The translations under genes were made by a program, and so were the position numbers. Below the pieces are notes generated by a model that worked only from the letters and a program-made list of their open reading frames with translations, was not told the origin of the DNA and did not search any database. 64,000 nucleotides of DNA, taken from the NCBI GenBank assembly GCA_002269645.1, contig NIVC01000853.1, positions 1 to 64,000 of the forward strand, read 5' to 3'. This DNA comes from Macrostomum lignano. Lineage: Eukaryota. Positions 12,620 through 25,100 of the stretch are shown here, piece by piece. Every line of letters begins with the position of its first letter. The first letter of the stretch is position 1.

Positions 12620-13385
12620 TTTATGTTTGACATGGTGGCTCTTTAATGTTCGACATAGTGGCTCTTTAATGTTAGACATGGTGGCTCTTTAATTTTTGAC
12701 ATGGTGGCTATTTAATGTTTGACATGGAGTCACATATATGTTGGACATGGTGGCTCTTTTATGATTGACATGGTGGCTCTTTAATGTTTGACCTGGTGGC
12801 ACCTCAATGTAATGATGGCTCTTTAATGTTTGAAATGGTGGCTCTTTAATGTTCGACATGGTGGCTCTATAATCTTCGACATGGTGGCTCTTTAATGTTC
12901 GATATGGTGGCTCTTTAATGTTAGACATGGTGGCTCTTTAATGCTCGACATGGTGGTCCTTTTATGCTTCACATGGTGGCTCTTAAATGTTTGACATGTT
13001 GGTCCTTTTATGTTTGACATGGTGGCTCTTTAATGTTTGACATGGTGGCTCTTTTATGTTTGACATAATGGCTCTTTAATGTTCTACATGGTGGCTTTTT
13101 TATTTTTGACATGGTGGCTCTTTTTTAATGTTTGGCATGGTGGCTCTTTAATGTTCGACATGGTGGCTCTTTAATGTTAGACATGGTGGCTCTTTAATTT
13201 TTGACATGGTGGCTCTTTAATGTTCGATATGGTGGTCCTTTTATGCTTGACATTGTGGCTCTTTAATGTTTGACATGTTGGTCCTATTATGTTTGACATG
13301 GTGGCTCTTTAATGTTTGGCATGGTGGCTCTTTAATGTTTGACATGGTGGCTCTTTAATGTTAGACATGGTGGCTCTTTAATTTT
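12620..13385. repeat. 23-bp minisatellite GACATGGTGGCTCTTTAATGTTT inside the Helitron (also about 22525-23285; shorter at about 32410-32818)
   Basis: GACATGG at 13341 and 13364 (period 23); about 30 degenerate units. Confidence 0.93.
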
Positions 13386-14535
13386 TAACGTTTGTTAAAC
13401 GTTTTGTTAAACGTTTTTGACGTTTGTAACGCAAGAATTTTTTGTATTTTTTCGCGAATAAACTTGAAAAGTACAAAGTTAAAACTTATGAACATGGCAT
13501 TAAAAGTACAACCGATATGTCACGTATACATAGCGTGTGCAATGGCTGCATGTGACCAGATGAGTTCCTTTAATACTCTACGTTAGTCTATAGTCGCAGC
13601 CCTCGGATTCGCTCATTCCTGCCCTCAAATCCATAGTCAGAACAATCAGTTCGGCTCTATTTCCTTAGCCTTTGCGCTTTGCCACAGACTATTCATATTT
13701 GTTTCGCCAAAGATTAAGAAATGAAGTAAGACAAAAGCTTCATTCAGGGCCTTCGCCTTAGTTAAAATTGACATCTTGTGAGTTTCGTATATTATTCAAC
13801 TTTCAATATATGGAAGACGAAGGCCCCGTCGCAAGTTGATGCAAATCGTTTTTTATGAGCTTACAGTCCACAGTTGTCACAGGTGACTTGATCGAGATAT
13901 TTTTGATTTTTGAAAAAAAGACTGTCACTCGTAGTTTGCGTAAAAATCCATATACTAAAATTCACTCTAATGTTAAGTTTTTGCGAACCTTGGAAAACTA
14001 AAAACAAAATTGTTTCGTCTTTTGCATAAATTTGCGATATAAAATAAGTAAAGTTTTTACACGAATTATAATGAAATTTCAGGTGAAAAATAAAAGACAA
14101 AATTAACTGCTCATCAAAGATTGAATTCATTAAAAGCAGTGCAAAAGAAGGTTTGTTTCAAAAGTTACTTTCGGCTAATATGAAATTGCCTTAAAATACA
14201 AATTAACTGTAAAGTGCAAATTGACTGTAAAAATTAATACAATGAATAAAATAAGCCTAATTGAGCTTCAACATAAAGTTCATCAGCTATTAGCTCGTAC
14301 TCACTGCCATGCAATATCTACGCTTCGTTAGAAATGAGGTTGGGGCAATAAGTTTCCTGCGATTCTTTTAGGAATGAGAGCTATTGACAGCGATTGCTTT
14401 AGAGAATGAGAGCTATTACTTAAGAGATATAGGGAAATAATTATTCTATTTTTCCTTAAAAATAAATGAATATACTTTCTAGCCTTTTGCATAAGGAAAA
14501 TTATTGCTCACCCCTCATTTTTTACGATAAATAAA

Positions 14536-17500
14536 TTAGTCTTCAGTGAGAACTTCTGGAAACACAACGTTTCTGGTCCTTGTTCCCGGAATCCGGACGC
14601 GAACATTTGCCGCGTTCTTTGCTCGTGACAGCGCCGTGTACAGCTGGCCATGCGTGAAGCAACCGACTGACAGGTCAATGCCAACTGTGTCCAGAGACTG
14701 TCCCTGCGACTTGTGAATCGTCAGGCAGAAACTCGGCTTCACAGGGAACTGCAGCCGCTTAAAACTGACGGGGAGGTCCGCATTGCTAGGAATCAGCGGG
14801 ATTCGCGGCAGAAGAATCTCGTCTCCCGTGAACTGGCCGGCGGCAATCTTGCATCTAAGCACGTTCTCGCCCATTGCGAGTATGATGAGCCGCGTACCAT
14901 TGCACAATCGTGGCGGGTTGATGTTCCTGAGAAGAACTACTGGCATACCCACTTTTAGCCTCAGCAAGTGAATCGGAAAGTTCGGGGCATCCAGCTGGTT
15001 GAGCAACTCAGGCGGGAAGTGCGTAGCGGCATCCTCATCGGCCACACTGTCTATTGAGCGGTACTCCCGCAGGCTGCCGGGGAACATGCCCAGGCACGTC
15101 TCGTTGATGGCATCCACTGAGTCATTGTACGGCGCCAGGATCGCTCGGCTTGCAAAGTAGCCGTCCCTCTCCACTGACGCCTCAAACGATGGGTACACAA
15201 AATTTATCAGATCATTGAGCGGCGCCTCCGCAGAAATGATGATCTCAGCAGGAAGAGACACTTTCTCCTCTGCATCCTGGTCAATTGTTCCGGATCCGAT
15301 CTGGGGGAGTTAAAAGTCAAATATTTAAAACGCTAGACAGACTTTAAGCTAGGCATTCTTGAATAAGCCACAATTTTTAAAATGGAGCTCTCAACACGAA
15401 AGAAACCGAATATCCTTAAATCTTCCAATAAATAAACTGATGAAAACAAACTTACCTGCTTGAGTAGCTCGGTGTATCTCAAATACGTTGCAGAATCGGA
15501 ACTGCTCAGCAATCGGATGTTTCTTGTAAGGCGATGCCGCCGGAAAAATTTCCACAGTGGGGATCTGCTGACACACGCCATGACGCTGTTGGCTCGAGTC
15601 CCATGCACCACAACGGGCAGCAGCTGGCGAAAGTCCCCAGCGCAAACGAAAACCACTCCGCCGAATGGCACGTCCTGCTTCCGCACGTCTCGCAAGCACC
15701 GGTCGACGGCCTCCAAATCCTTCCGGTTTGTCATAGAAATCTCGTCCCAGACAATTAGACGCACTGTCCGAAATACAGCGGCCTGTTTGGACTGCGCTCC
15801 AACAGCGCACACGTCTTTGCTCGAACGGATCGCCCGAATTGGTATCTTGAACCTGGCATAGAAAAATAGTTTCACCATGCCTAACATATTTACAGCACAC
15901 GAAATATTTACAACTGCTTTTTGAAATATTGACAATAAATTACTCACGTTGAATGCGCCGTCTGTCCACCTGGCAAAAGAGTCGCTGCGATTCCAGAAGC
16001 CGCAACGGCGAGGGCGACTTCACCCCGGCTGCGCACGAAGGCTAGCAGAACCTCTAGCAGGAAGGTCTTGCCAGTGCCAGCAGGTGCGTCCAGGAAGTGC
16101 AAGCCGCTGGTGCCGTCCACAAGATTCTGAGTCACGGACTCGTACACCGCTTTCTGCTCATCTGTCAGCATTGGTAAGCGCGCCTCAGTAATCAGTGCTT
16201 GCTCAACCGTATCAAACTGCATTGGTCCATCTTGAGGTGTCACGGAGGCCGCAGGCAGGCCGTACTCTGGCAGGCTTCTCCCGCCCATGGAGATCAGCAT
16301 GCTCTGAAGCTCACGCAGCGCCAGGTCAGTAATCTCCTCGGTGCTCAAGTCTCGGTGGTGGAACCGCAGGTCCTCGCTGAGATCCTCGGCAAAACTGCAC
16401 CAGAGGTCGCTGCCATCCTCAGGCTCACCCCATATGAGAATTACGGCCAGAAGATGTCTCAGGGCTCTTGGCATTCTTGACTGAACGGCCTCAGCTAGAC
16501 ACCGCCGCCAGTGATCATCTCGCTGCAGCAGGCCAAGGGCCATGCAAGCAGCCTTGGCGCTCGGATGCACAACGCCGTCCACGGTCTGCAGCGCCTCGAA
16601 GCTAGTCGGTCCCCTAACATTCAAAAGGAGCATTCGAACATAAAATAAATCACCTGCTCTTGGACTCACCGTGTACATGCGTGCAACGTTTTTGTTCCGC
16701 ACTACACCCGGATGGCCATCGACTCGCACACCCTGCTTGGCCCGCCGCCACTCTCTTTCGCTGGAGTGCCACACAAAGTAGGACGGCACCTCCGTGTAGA
16801 GCAAGGACCCAGCAAATTCGTCAATACGGCACAGCTTGAAAAATGCCGTCAACGTCGAATCCTTCGGCGTTCTCGCTTTTGCTCTTGCGGTCCCCTCGTT
16901 GAAATACACGAGCTGCTCTTCCGACTTGTGAACGCAGAGTCGGATGACCGCCGGAAACCTGTTGTGCACCTGATCAGAAAGTGGAAGGAAAATATACAGC
17001 CTTTAAGTTTCGATGGAAATTCAATTTATACTATGACGAGGTTTCACAGCTCTGGTTAAAATGAGCCAATAATAATTAGAATGCGAATTACTTCAAAGCC
17101 CAAGATGGTATTCACGGCTTCCATTGGACCAATGTAGCGCGCGGACAGGTACTCTTTATTCTCATCACGCGGCTTATTTCCTGTCGTTTGCGTCGGCTGC
17201 TGGTCACCCACTGCCTGCTCTCTCGGTTCAGTAGAATTCCTATTGGCATCGACTTTGAACGTCGCCATGTCGCCACCCTTTAACAGGTACTTGATCACGT
17301 ACTTGACCGACTTCACAGTGGCGCAAACTTCGACGTTCAAGTGGCACGCAAACTGGAGCAACAGGTCAGGGCTGTACGGAACGACCCACCTGTTTTAATG
17401 AAAAAATAATATCATTAACTTTCAGAAACAAAAGCTGCAATGCACAACTAAGCAATATATTAGCGTTTGAACTTCCCTGTTGTCCATGCGAATGCTCCGG

Positions 17501-20500
17501 CCTTTGAACAGTTTGTCCACTGTAAATCCGCCCATCTCAGGCGATAGTCTGCGGTACAGTGGGTAGCCAGTATCGCTGGTCAGCGTCACCTGCTGGAACT
17601 CTTTCGGAAAGCCCTTGCTGCATTCGCCATTCTCCATGCAAGGACACGCCGGATTCTCCTTGCCGCAGGGCCATGGATCATGTGCGTCTTCACCAGCTCA
17701 TACAGCACAGGCTGCTGCTCTGGGTCCGGAATCTCGGCAGACACGATGTCATCGTATCGGTCCGGAGTCACTCGCTGACCGCTCATGAGCCACAGCAGAA
17801 AGTGCACATGGGGAAGACCTGGAGCGTCAAAAAAGTATTAAAAAATATCACAAAACCTTTGTAAATCTAAATTTTAATAAATCTTAAAACTTTGATTCTT
17901 GCAAGTCAGAATTTTTACTCACCACGCTTCTGGTACTCCAGTGAGCAAACGTGAGCGGCCTCTTTCCCATAGCGCTTGGTCAACTGGGCCAGAAGAGCTT
18001 TCCTCTTCATTTCAAAGACTCGGCTAACAATGTCCGGCCGGTCTTCTGCCCGCTGTCCAGGCAGCAGCTGAGCGCTGATCTCCGGCCATTTCGGATTGCA
18101 CGTTGCGGTGACAAACAGGTCCGGCTTACCGAACTTGTGAACATAGGTCATAGCGTCCTGTAGCCTCTCCATCAGGTACCTTGGCCCGCCAACGAAGCTC
18201 GAAGACAGAAGCACATGCGCGGGCTTGCCTATGTCACTCGGATCTCTGTCGGTAGACCTGCCATCAGCTGCAAACAGAGCGTCCCGCAGACCGCTGTATG
18301 TCTCGCTGCGCAGGTCCTGCTGATGGGTCCGCAAATACAGCAGCCTCTCTGCCTCAATCTTGGCACACATGTCCACCAAGTACTGCTGAAATAATCTTCG
18401 GCCATAGTGCAGCACACTGAACTGGCCCGCTCGCACCATGATTTCGCTCGCATAGTATTTCATGGGCGTTAATTTCTTGCCATTACTCATCAGCAACTCC
18501 GGGTGCCAGCCATCTTCGCCATTCGGGAACAGCAGCACATACTCCAGCGGGTCATATGAGCGGTGCGTCTCGCTGATTCTCTGGGAACCGCCACCACGCA
18601 GTTGAATCACGACGTCCCGACTGGCCGGTGTGTTCTCATTGTCCTCCACAATCAGGATACCGACCTCGTTCGCCGTAGGCAAGTTGTAGCGCCTGATTTT
18701 GAACGGAGTTTGTGGGATACAGAGTCTGTACAAATTGGATAATTGGATAATTTATTACGCAAAATATCTTATTAGAATGTCTTGCAGACATACCGAATGT
18801 GTTCCCCAGATGGTCGACGGTCAGGGTGAATTACGATTCGCGCATCTCCCAACTCCGGATCTTGACTGATTCGATGAGCGACTGCCCTCAGGCTGCGGAC
18901 ATAGCCGTTGCACTCGTGAAGCAGCGTCTGCAATAGCTCCAGTAGCTCCGGCTTCACCTTCTGGCTGAGACTCTGGCGGCTTTCAAGTTCGCGATCATTG
19001 AAATACACCTGCCAGCCATGGGGCTCAGCTGAATCCTCTGCAAACAGCGGCGCCGTGTTGTGATGCAACTGGCCGCTGATGATGAAGCTGGGACACCAGC
19101 CTGGCACCAACCGCAGTTTGGCACCCAGCGATGTCAGGTGCAGCGCCGAGTTGTAACTCCGAATGTTGGTCAGGAACTCGGCACTCATTCTGTGCCGCCC
19201 CAGGTACAGATCTGCCAGCACTTGAGGCACGGTGCGGCTGGGCAGCTTCACCTTGCCTTTGGCGCAGCAGAAATTCCTCGTCTCAGAGCACCAAAGTAAT
19301 GCACCGCATTGGTCGCATGCTCTGTCCATTGGGCCACAGTTATGGGCTGGCGCTTCAGGCCTGATAATCCGTTCTGGCCTGTGATTAGAAGGATTAGGAT
19401 TAGGAAGGATTAATGGCAAACAGTTTTCCCAGTTAATCTTTCAGCTTACAAAAAAATTTATTGGAATAAAACAACTTGAGTTCGATGACAAATAAATTAT
19501 GATGACCAGTCACACCAATGACCTACCTCTCTTGAGCAGGTCTTGCGCCAAAATGACATGCACTCTGCTGAGTTAATCTTGGCTCCTCTGCATCTACAAT
19601 GGGCTCAGAAACTGGAATCGGATTAGCAAATCGCAATGACTCATAATGCTCATGACGCAAAAGAATTCGGACGATTGCAATCGGTGGCTGCAAAGGGGAC
19701 ATACAGTACTGCAGTACAGTGCCGTTTTCTTGATAAATCACCAGATCAACATTAAAACAACGGCTTAAAAGCGGAACAACTTCATCAGGCACATATGTGC
19801 CTTCAGAAAAAGAGGAATCAACAATGAAATCAGCATTTTCTGGCAAAACAAAGCCTTGTTCAATCAATTCTGGCATAATCTGCACTACACGGCTCGTCAG
19901 CTCGTGTCTTAAAGATGCCGCATCGGTCTCAAGTGGAGTGCCCTGCAACTGATCACAGACTGCATAAAAAAAACAGTTCCCATCACCAGGAATGCGAATT
20001 ATGCGCAACGCATCAAAAGGTACCACAGACGGTGTGGCCAACTCACTACTATCAAACCTGGAATATAGGAAAAAAATTATACACAACTTCATTTGCCGGT
20101 AATTAAAGTAGTGACGAATAAATTTTATGCTATTCTATACTGATCTCTTAAATAAAACTCTTGGAAAGCAATCGACTTGAAAAGATGAGAAAAATGCACG
20201 AAACAGATTCCAGTTTTTAATTATATGCCCAAGTACCAATAAAACATCAGCTAAGATAGAAAATACCCCGAATTAGGCACAAAGGGCACTTGGATTTTAT
20301 ATAGCTATAAAATATATAGCTCCAATTAAAATGTCATCCTACCTGCCAGCCGACACTCCTCGACGGCGAATTTGCTCGGCTTCCACTCGAGCTCTTCGTT
20401 GCTCTTCGGTTTCTGAAGCGCGTCGCTTCTCCGCACGAGTTCTGTCTCCAGATCTACGCTCTTCTCGCTGAGCGTCTGTTTCCGTTGCCCTTCGCTCAGC

Positions 20501-20821
20501 ATTTTCCTGCCGGAGTCTCGTCAGGCGCTCTTCTCGCTGAGCGTCGGTTTCAGTTGCCCTTCGCTCAGCCTCCTGCTGCCGGTGTCCAGCCAGCCGCTCT
20601 TCTCGCTGCGCGTCAGTCTCCATGGCCGTTCGCTCAGCCTTCTGCTGCCGCAGTCCAGCCAACCGCTCTTCTCGCTGCGCGTCAGTCTCCATGGCCGTTC
20701 GCTCATTCTTCTGCTGCCGCAGTCCAGCCAGCCGCTCCTCTCGCTCAACGGCACTCTCTTGCTGACGCTTCTTCTTGGCATCTCTGCTCTTCTTCAATGC
20801 GCTGGTGCCACGTCGAGCCAT
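14536..20821 (-). CDS. Helitron RepHel transposase, copy 1 (9 exons; STPR-like repeats, OTU, Zn finger, Rep, Pif1); 1-bp deletion in exon 5
   Basis: Exons 20343-20821, 19527-20057, 18794-19378, 17923-18692, 17477-17818, 17092-17389, 15948-16969, 15456-15852, 14536-15300; phases are consistent except for the exon 5 deletion. Motifs: GDGNC..HYESL (OTU), CDQC..CC (ZnF), PDLFVTATCNP, EYQKRGLPHVH (HUH), YVIKY, APAGTGKT, WDEISM, GDFRQL, HKSQGQSL, HGQLYTALSR. Confidence 0.9.
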
Positions 20822-22102
20822 ATTGGAATTCAAATTGAAAGATAAGAATTTTGAGTTATAATGAAAAGAAAGGATAGTAGGGGTTGTGTGCGAGAAAAGA
20901 GAAAGGTATGAAGTCTATAATGTCACGCGTTTTAAACTCAGCAACCACCCAATCCCAAAAAGCTGGACACCATTTGTACACTGTTAGACTGTCAGTGTGT
21001 ACAGCAAGCCTAAATTCTCTCCAATACCCGCCTGCTAATTGGTCAGGACTCTTTTTATTATTCAATACTCTCTCTCAAACACCTAACTCTAACTCTCCTA
21101 TGTGAAAGGATTCAGATAAATTTTCTGAAGGAGGCGCAAGCCTCAGTAGCCAATGTACATCTATCTCTGTGGCACTTTTGGACTTTTTTATAATCAGACG
21201 GTTTTATTACATTTTGGAGGGTCAGTCTCAAACATGGTTCGTATATTGTGAATCAATTAGATACTGTATATATGTGCATGTATTTCACTCTCTCACTCTC
21301 CCTCTCTCCAGCATTTAAAGTTAGTATGTCAATTGTGCACGGGAAGATTTTATAATGTACAATCTTTTCTCGCAGTGTACATTTATAGTTCTCTAGCCTG
21401 GCGACAAAAAATACTACTTTACTGGGCGCTGCAAAGTTTAATTCCAATCAGAATGGCTCACAGTAGGAAGTTCTGCTTGACCCTTGCAGAAAGGCATGTG
21501 TGTTATTCGAATATTCGCGCTTCTTCTATGCTTTACAGGAACTTTTCATGCTTAAAATGACACTTCTTTTACGATTTTTATGACACTTGTGGTTCTGAAT
21601 TAGTAAGCCTCGACGCTAGCATTTTTTAGGTTTTTCATGACGCTTCTTTTATGTTTAACAAAAATTACACTATAAGATGAGCACGAAGCAGTTATGACAT
21701 AATCAATTTTTCAATCGGTCAGTATGGTTACGCAGTCTAAATCAAGTCTCGTAATATGCTTCTACACAGTGTTTTCAACACTGTGACGCAATTCAAGGCG
21801 GAGGTACAATTCAGCTGTTATGCAATCTTTATCACAATCAGAATTCAGTCAGTCAGTTTTTTCTCTAGCATTTTTACAATGCATTTCAGGTCGAAAGAGC
21901 TGCTTGACCTTTGCAAAAAAGCATGTTTTTCGAATATTTAATCCCTTTAAAATTGAGCAATTTCTTAGCCAAGATGCATGTACCGTCCCAGGAAAATTTC
22001 TGATCGAATGGTGCAAGTTTGAAGAAAATCGGTTGAGCCATTTTTTCTGAAATCTATCGCATACCTACCCACATACAGACAACTCATTTTTAGTATATAG
22101 GA

Positions 22103-25100
22103 CTAGCAATCTTCGCCCCCCGTTGGGGGACATCTGTATAGAATCTCTGTTCTCTACAAGTAACAAAAAGACAGCCAAATAAAGCCTTCACAAAGACAAC
22201 AGACAAACTGCTCAAATAAAGTGTAATGCAAAAAGAAATCATCCCAAGACAGCAAGCATCCCCCAGATAGCAAGCATCCCCCAAATAGCAAGCATCCCCC
22301 AGATAGCAAGCATCCCCCAGATAGCAAGCATCCCCCAGATAGCAAGCATCCCCCAAATAGCAAGCATCCCCAGATAGCAAGCATCCCCCAGATAGCAAGC
22401 ATCCCCAAATAGTAAGCATCCACCAGACAATAAGTAGCTAGTGCCACAATTTCCTTAGCTCTATAGTGGCTCCTTTAAAATTGGCATGACGCTTACTTTT
22501 ACGTTTGAAATTGTGTATCTTTTATGTTTGACATGGTGGCTCTTTAATGTTCGACATAGTGGCTCTTTAATGTTAGACATGGTGGCTCTTTAATTTTTGA
22601 CATGGTGGCTATTTAATGTTTGACATGGAGTCACATATATGTTGGACATGGTGGCTCTTTTATGATTGACATGGTGGCTCTTTAATGTTTGACCTGGTGG
22701 CACCTCAATGTAATGATGGCTCTTTAATGTTTGAAATGGTGGCTCTTTAATGTTCGACATGGTGGCTCTATAATCTTCGACATGGTGGCTCTTTAATGTT
22801 CGATATGGTGGCTCTTTAATGTTAGACATGGTGGCTCTTTAATGCTCGACATGGTGGTCCTTTTATGCTTCACATGGTGGCTCTTAAATGTTTGACATGT
22901 TGGTCCTTTTATGTTTGACATGGTGGCTCTTTAATGTTTGACATGGTGGCTCTTTTATGTTTGACATAATGGCTCTTTAATGTTCTACATGGTGGCTTTT
23001 TTATTTTTGACATGGTGGCTCTTTTTTAATGTTTGGCATGGTGGCTCTTTAATGTTCGACATGGTGGCTCTTTAATGTTAGACATGGTGGCTCTTTAATT
23101 TTTGACATGGTGGCTCTTTAATGTTCGATATGGTGGTCCTTTTATGCTTGACATTGTGGCTCTTTAATGTTTGACATGTTGGTCCTATTATGTTTGACAT
23201 GGTGGCTCTTTAATGTTTGGCATGGTGGCTCTTTAATGTTTGACATGGTGGCTCTTTAATGTTAGACATGGTGGCTCTTTAATTTTTAACGTTTGTTAAA
23301 CGTTTTGTTAAACGTTTTTGACGTTTGTAACGCAAGAATTTTTTGTATTTTTTCGCGAATAAACTTGAAAAGTACAAAGTTAAAACTTATGAACATGGCA
23401 TTAAAAGTACAACCGATATGTCACGTATACATAGCGTGTGCAATGGCTGCATGTGACCAGATGAGTTCCTTTAATACTCTACGTTAGTCTATAGTCGCAG
23501 CCCTCGGATTCGCTCATTCCTGCCCTCAAATCCATAGTCAGAACAATCAGTTCGGCTCTATTTCCTTAGCCTTTGCGCTTTGCCACAGACTATTCATATT
23601 TGTTTCGCCAAAGATTAAGAAATGAAGTAAGACAAAAGCTTCATTCAGGGCCTTCGCCTTAGTTAAAATTGACATCTTGTGAGTTTCGTATATTATTCAA
23701 CTTTCAATATATGGAAGACGAAGGCCCCGTCGCAAGTTGATGCAAATCGTTTTTTATGAGCTTACAGTCCACAGTTGTCACAGGTGACTTGATCGAGATA
23801 TTTTTGATTTTTGAAAAAAAGACTGTCACTCGTAGTTTGCGTAAAAATCCATATACTAAAATTCACTCTAATGTTAAGTTTTTGCGAACCTTGGAAAACT
23901 AAAAACAAAATTGTTTCGTCTTTTGCATAAATTTGCGATATAAAATAAGTAAAGTTTTTACACGAATTATAATGAAATTTCAGGTGAAAAATAAAAGACA
24001 AAATTAACTGCTCATCAAAGATTGAATTCATTAAAAGCAGTGCAAAAGAAGGTTTGTTTCAAAAGTTACTTTCGGCTAATATGAAATTGCCTTAAAATAC
24101 AAATTAACTGTAAAGTGCAAATTGACTGTAAAAATTAATACAATGAATAAAATAAGCCTAATTGAGCTTCAACATAAAGTTCATCAGCTATTAGCTCGTA
24201 CTCACTGCCATGCAATATCTACGCTTCGTTAGAAATGAGGTTGGGGCAATAAGTTTCCTGCGATTCTTTTAGGAATGAGAGCTATTGACAGCGATTGCTT
24301 TAGAGAATGAGAGCTATTACTTAAGAGATATGGGGAAATAATTATTCTATTTTTCCTTAAAAATAAATGAATATACTTTCTAGCCTTTTGCATAAGGAAA
24401 ATTATTGCTCACCCCTCATTTTTTACGATAAATAAATTAGTCTTCAGTGAGAACTTCTGGAAACACAACGTTTCTGGTCCTTGTTCCCGGAATCCGGACG
24501 CGAACATTTGCCGCGTTCTTTGCTCGTGACAGCGCCGTGTACAGCTGGCCATGCGTGAAGCAACCGACTGACAGGTCAATGCCAACTGTGTCCAGAGACT
24601 GTCCCTGCGACTTGTGAATCGTCAGGCAGAAACTCGGCTTCACAGGGAACTGCAGCCGCTTAAAACTGACGGGGAGGTCCGCATTGCTAGGAATCAGCGG
24701 GATTCGCGGCAGAAGAATCTCGTCTCCCGTGAACTGGCCGGCGGCAATCTTGCATCTAAGCACGTTCTCGCCCATTGCGAGTATGATGAGCCGCGTACCA
24801 TTGCACAATCGTGGCGGGTTGATGTTCCTGAGAAGAACTACTGGCATACCCACTTTTAGCCTCAGCAAGTGAATCGGAAAGTTCGGGGCATCCAGCTGGT
24901 TGAGCAACTCAGGCGGGAAGTGCGTAGCGGCATCCTCATCGGCCACACTGTCTATTGAGCGGTACTCCCGCAGGCTGCCGGGGAACATGCCCAGGCACGT
25001 CTCGTTGATGGCATCCACTGAGTCATTGTACGGCGCCAGGATCGCTCGGCTTGCAAAGTAGCCGTCCCTCTCCACTGACGCCTCAAACGATGGGTACACA

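Larger units (their letters stand above)
12273..22102 (-). mobile_element. Helitron copy 1 (9830 bp)
   Basis: Minus-strand 5' end TCCTATATACTAAAAATG at 22102; 3' end is hairpin GTCCCCC-AAC-GGGGGGC, 8 nt, then CTAG at 12273; host T follows; internal Rep/Pif1 gene. Confidence 0.97.

Noticed and set aside
12248-12928. LGDACY and TLKSHH repeat ORFs as a second Helitron gene
   Set aside because: They are translations of the 18-bp and 23-bp arrays, change with array length, and run across the element terminus
12620-13385. Possible CRISPR-like array
   Set aside because: Units are contiguous with no unique spacers, no cas genes, and a eukaryotic context; the same applies to the other arrays
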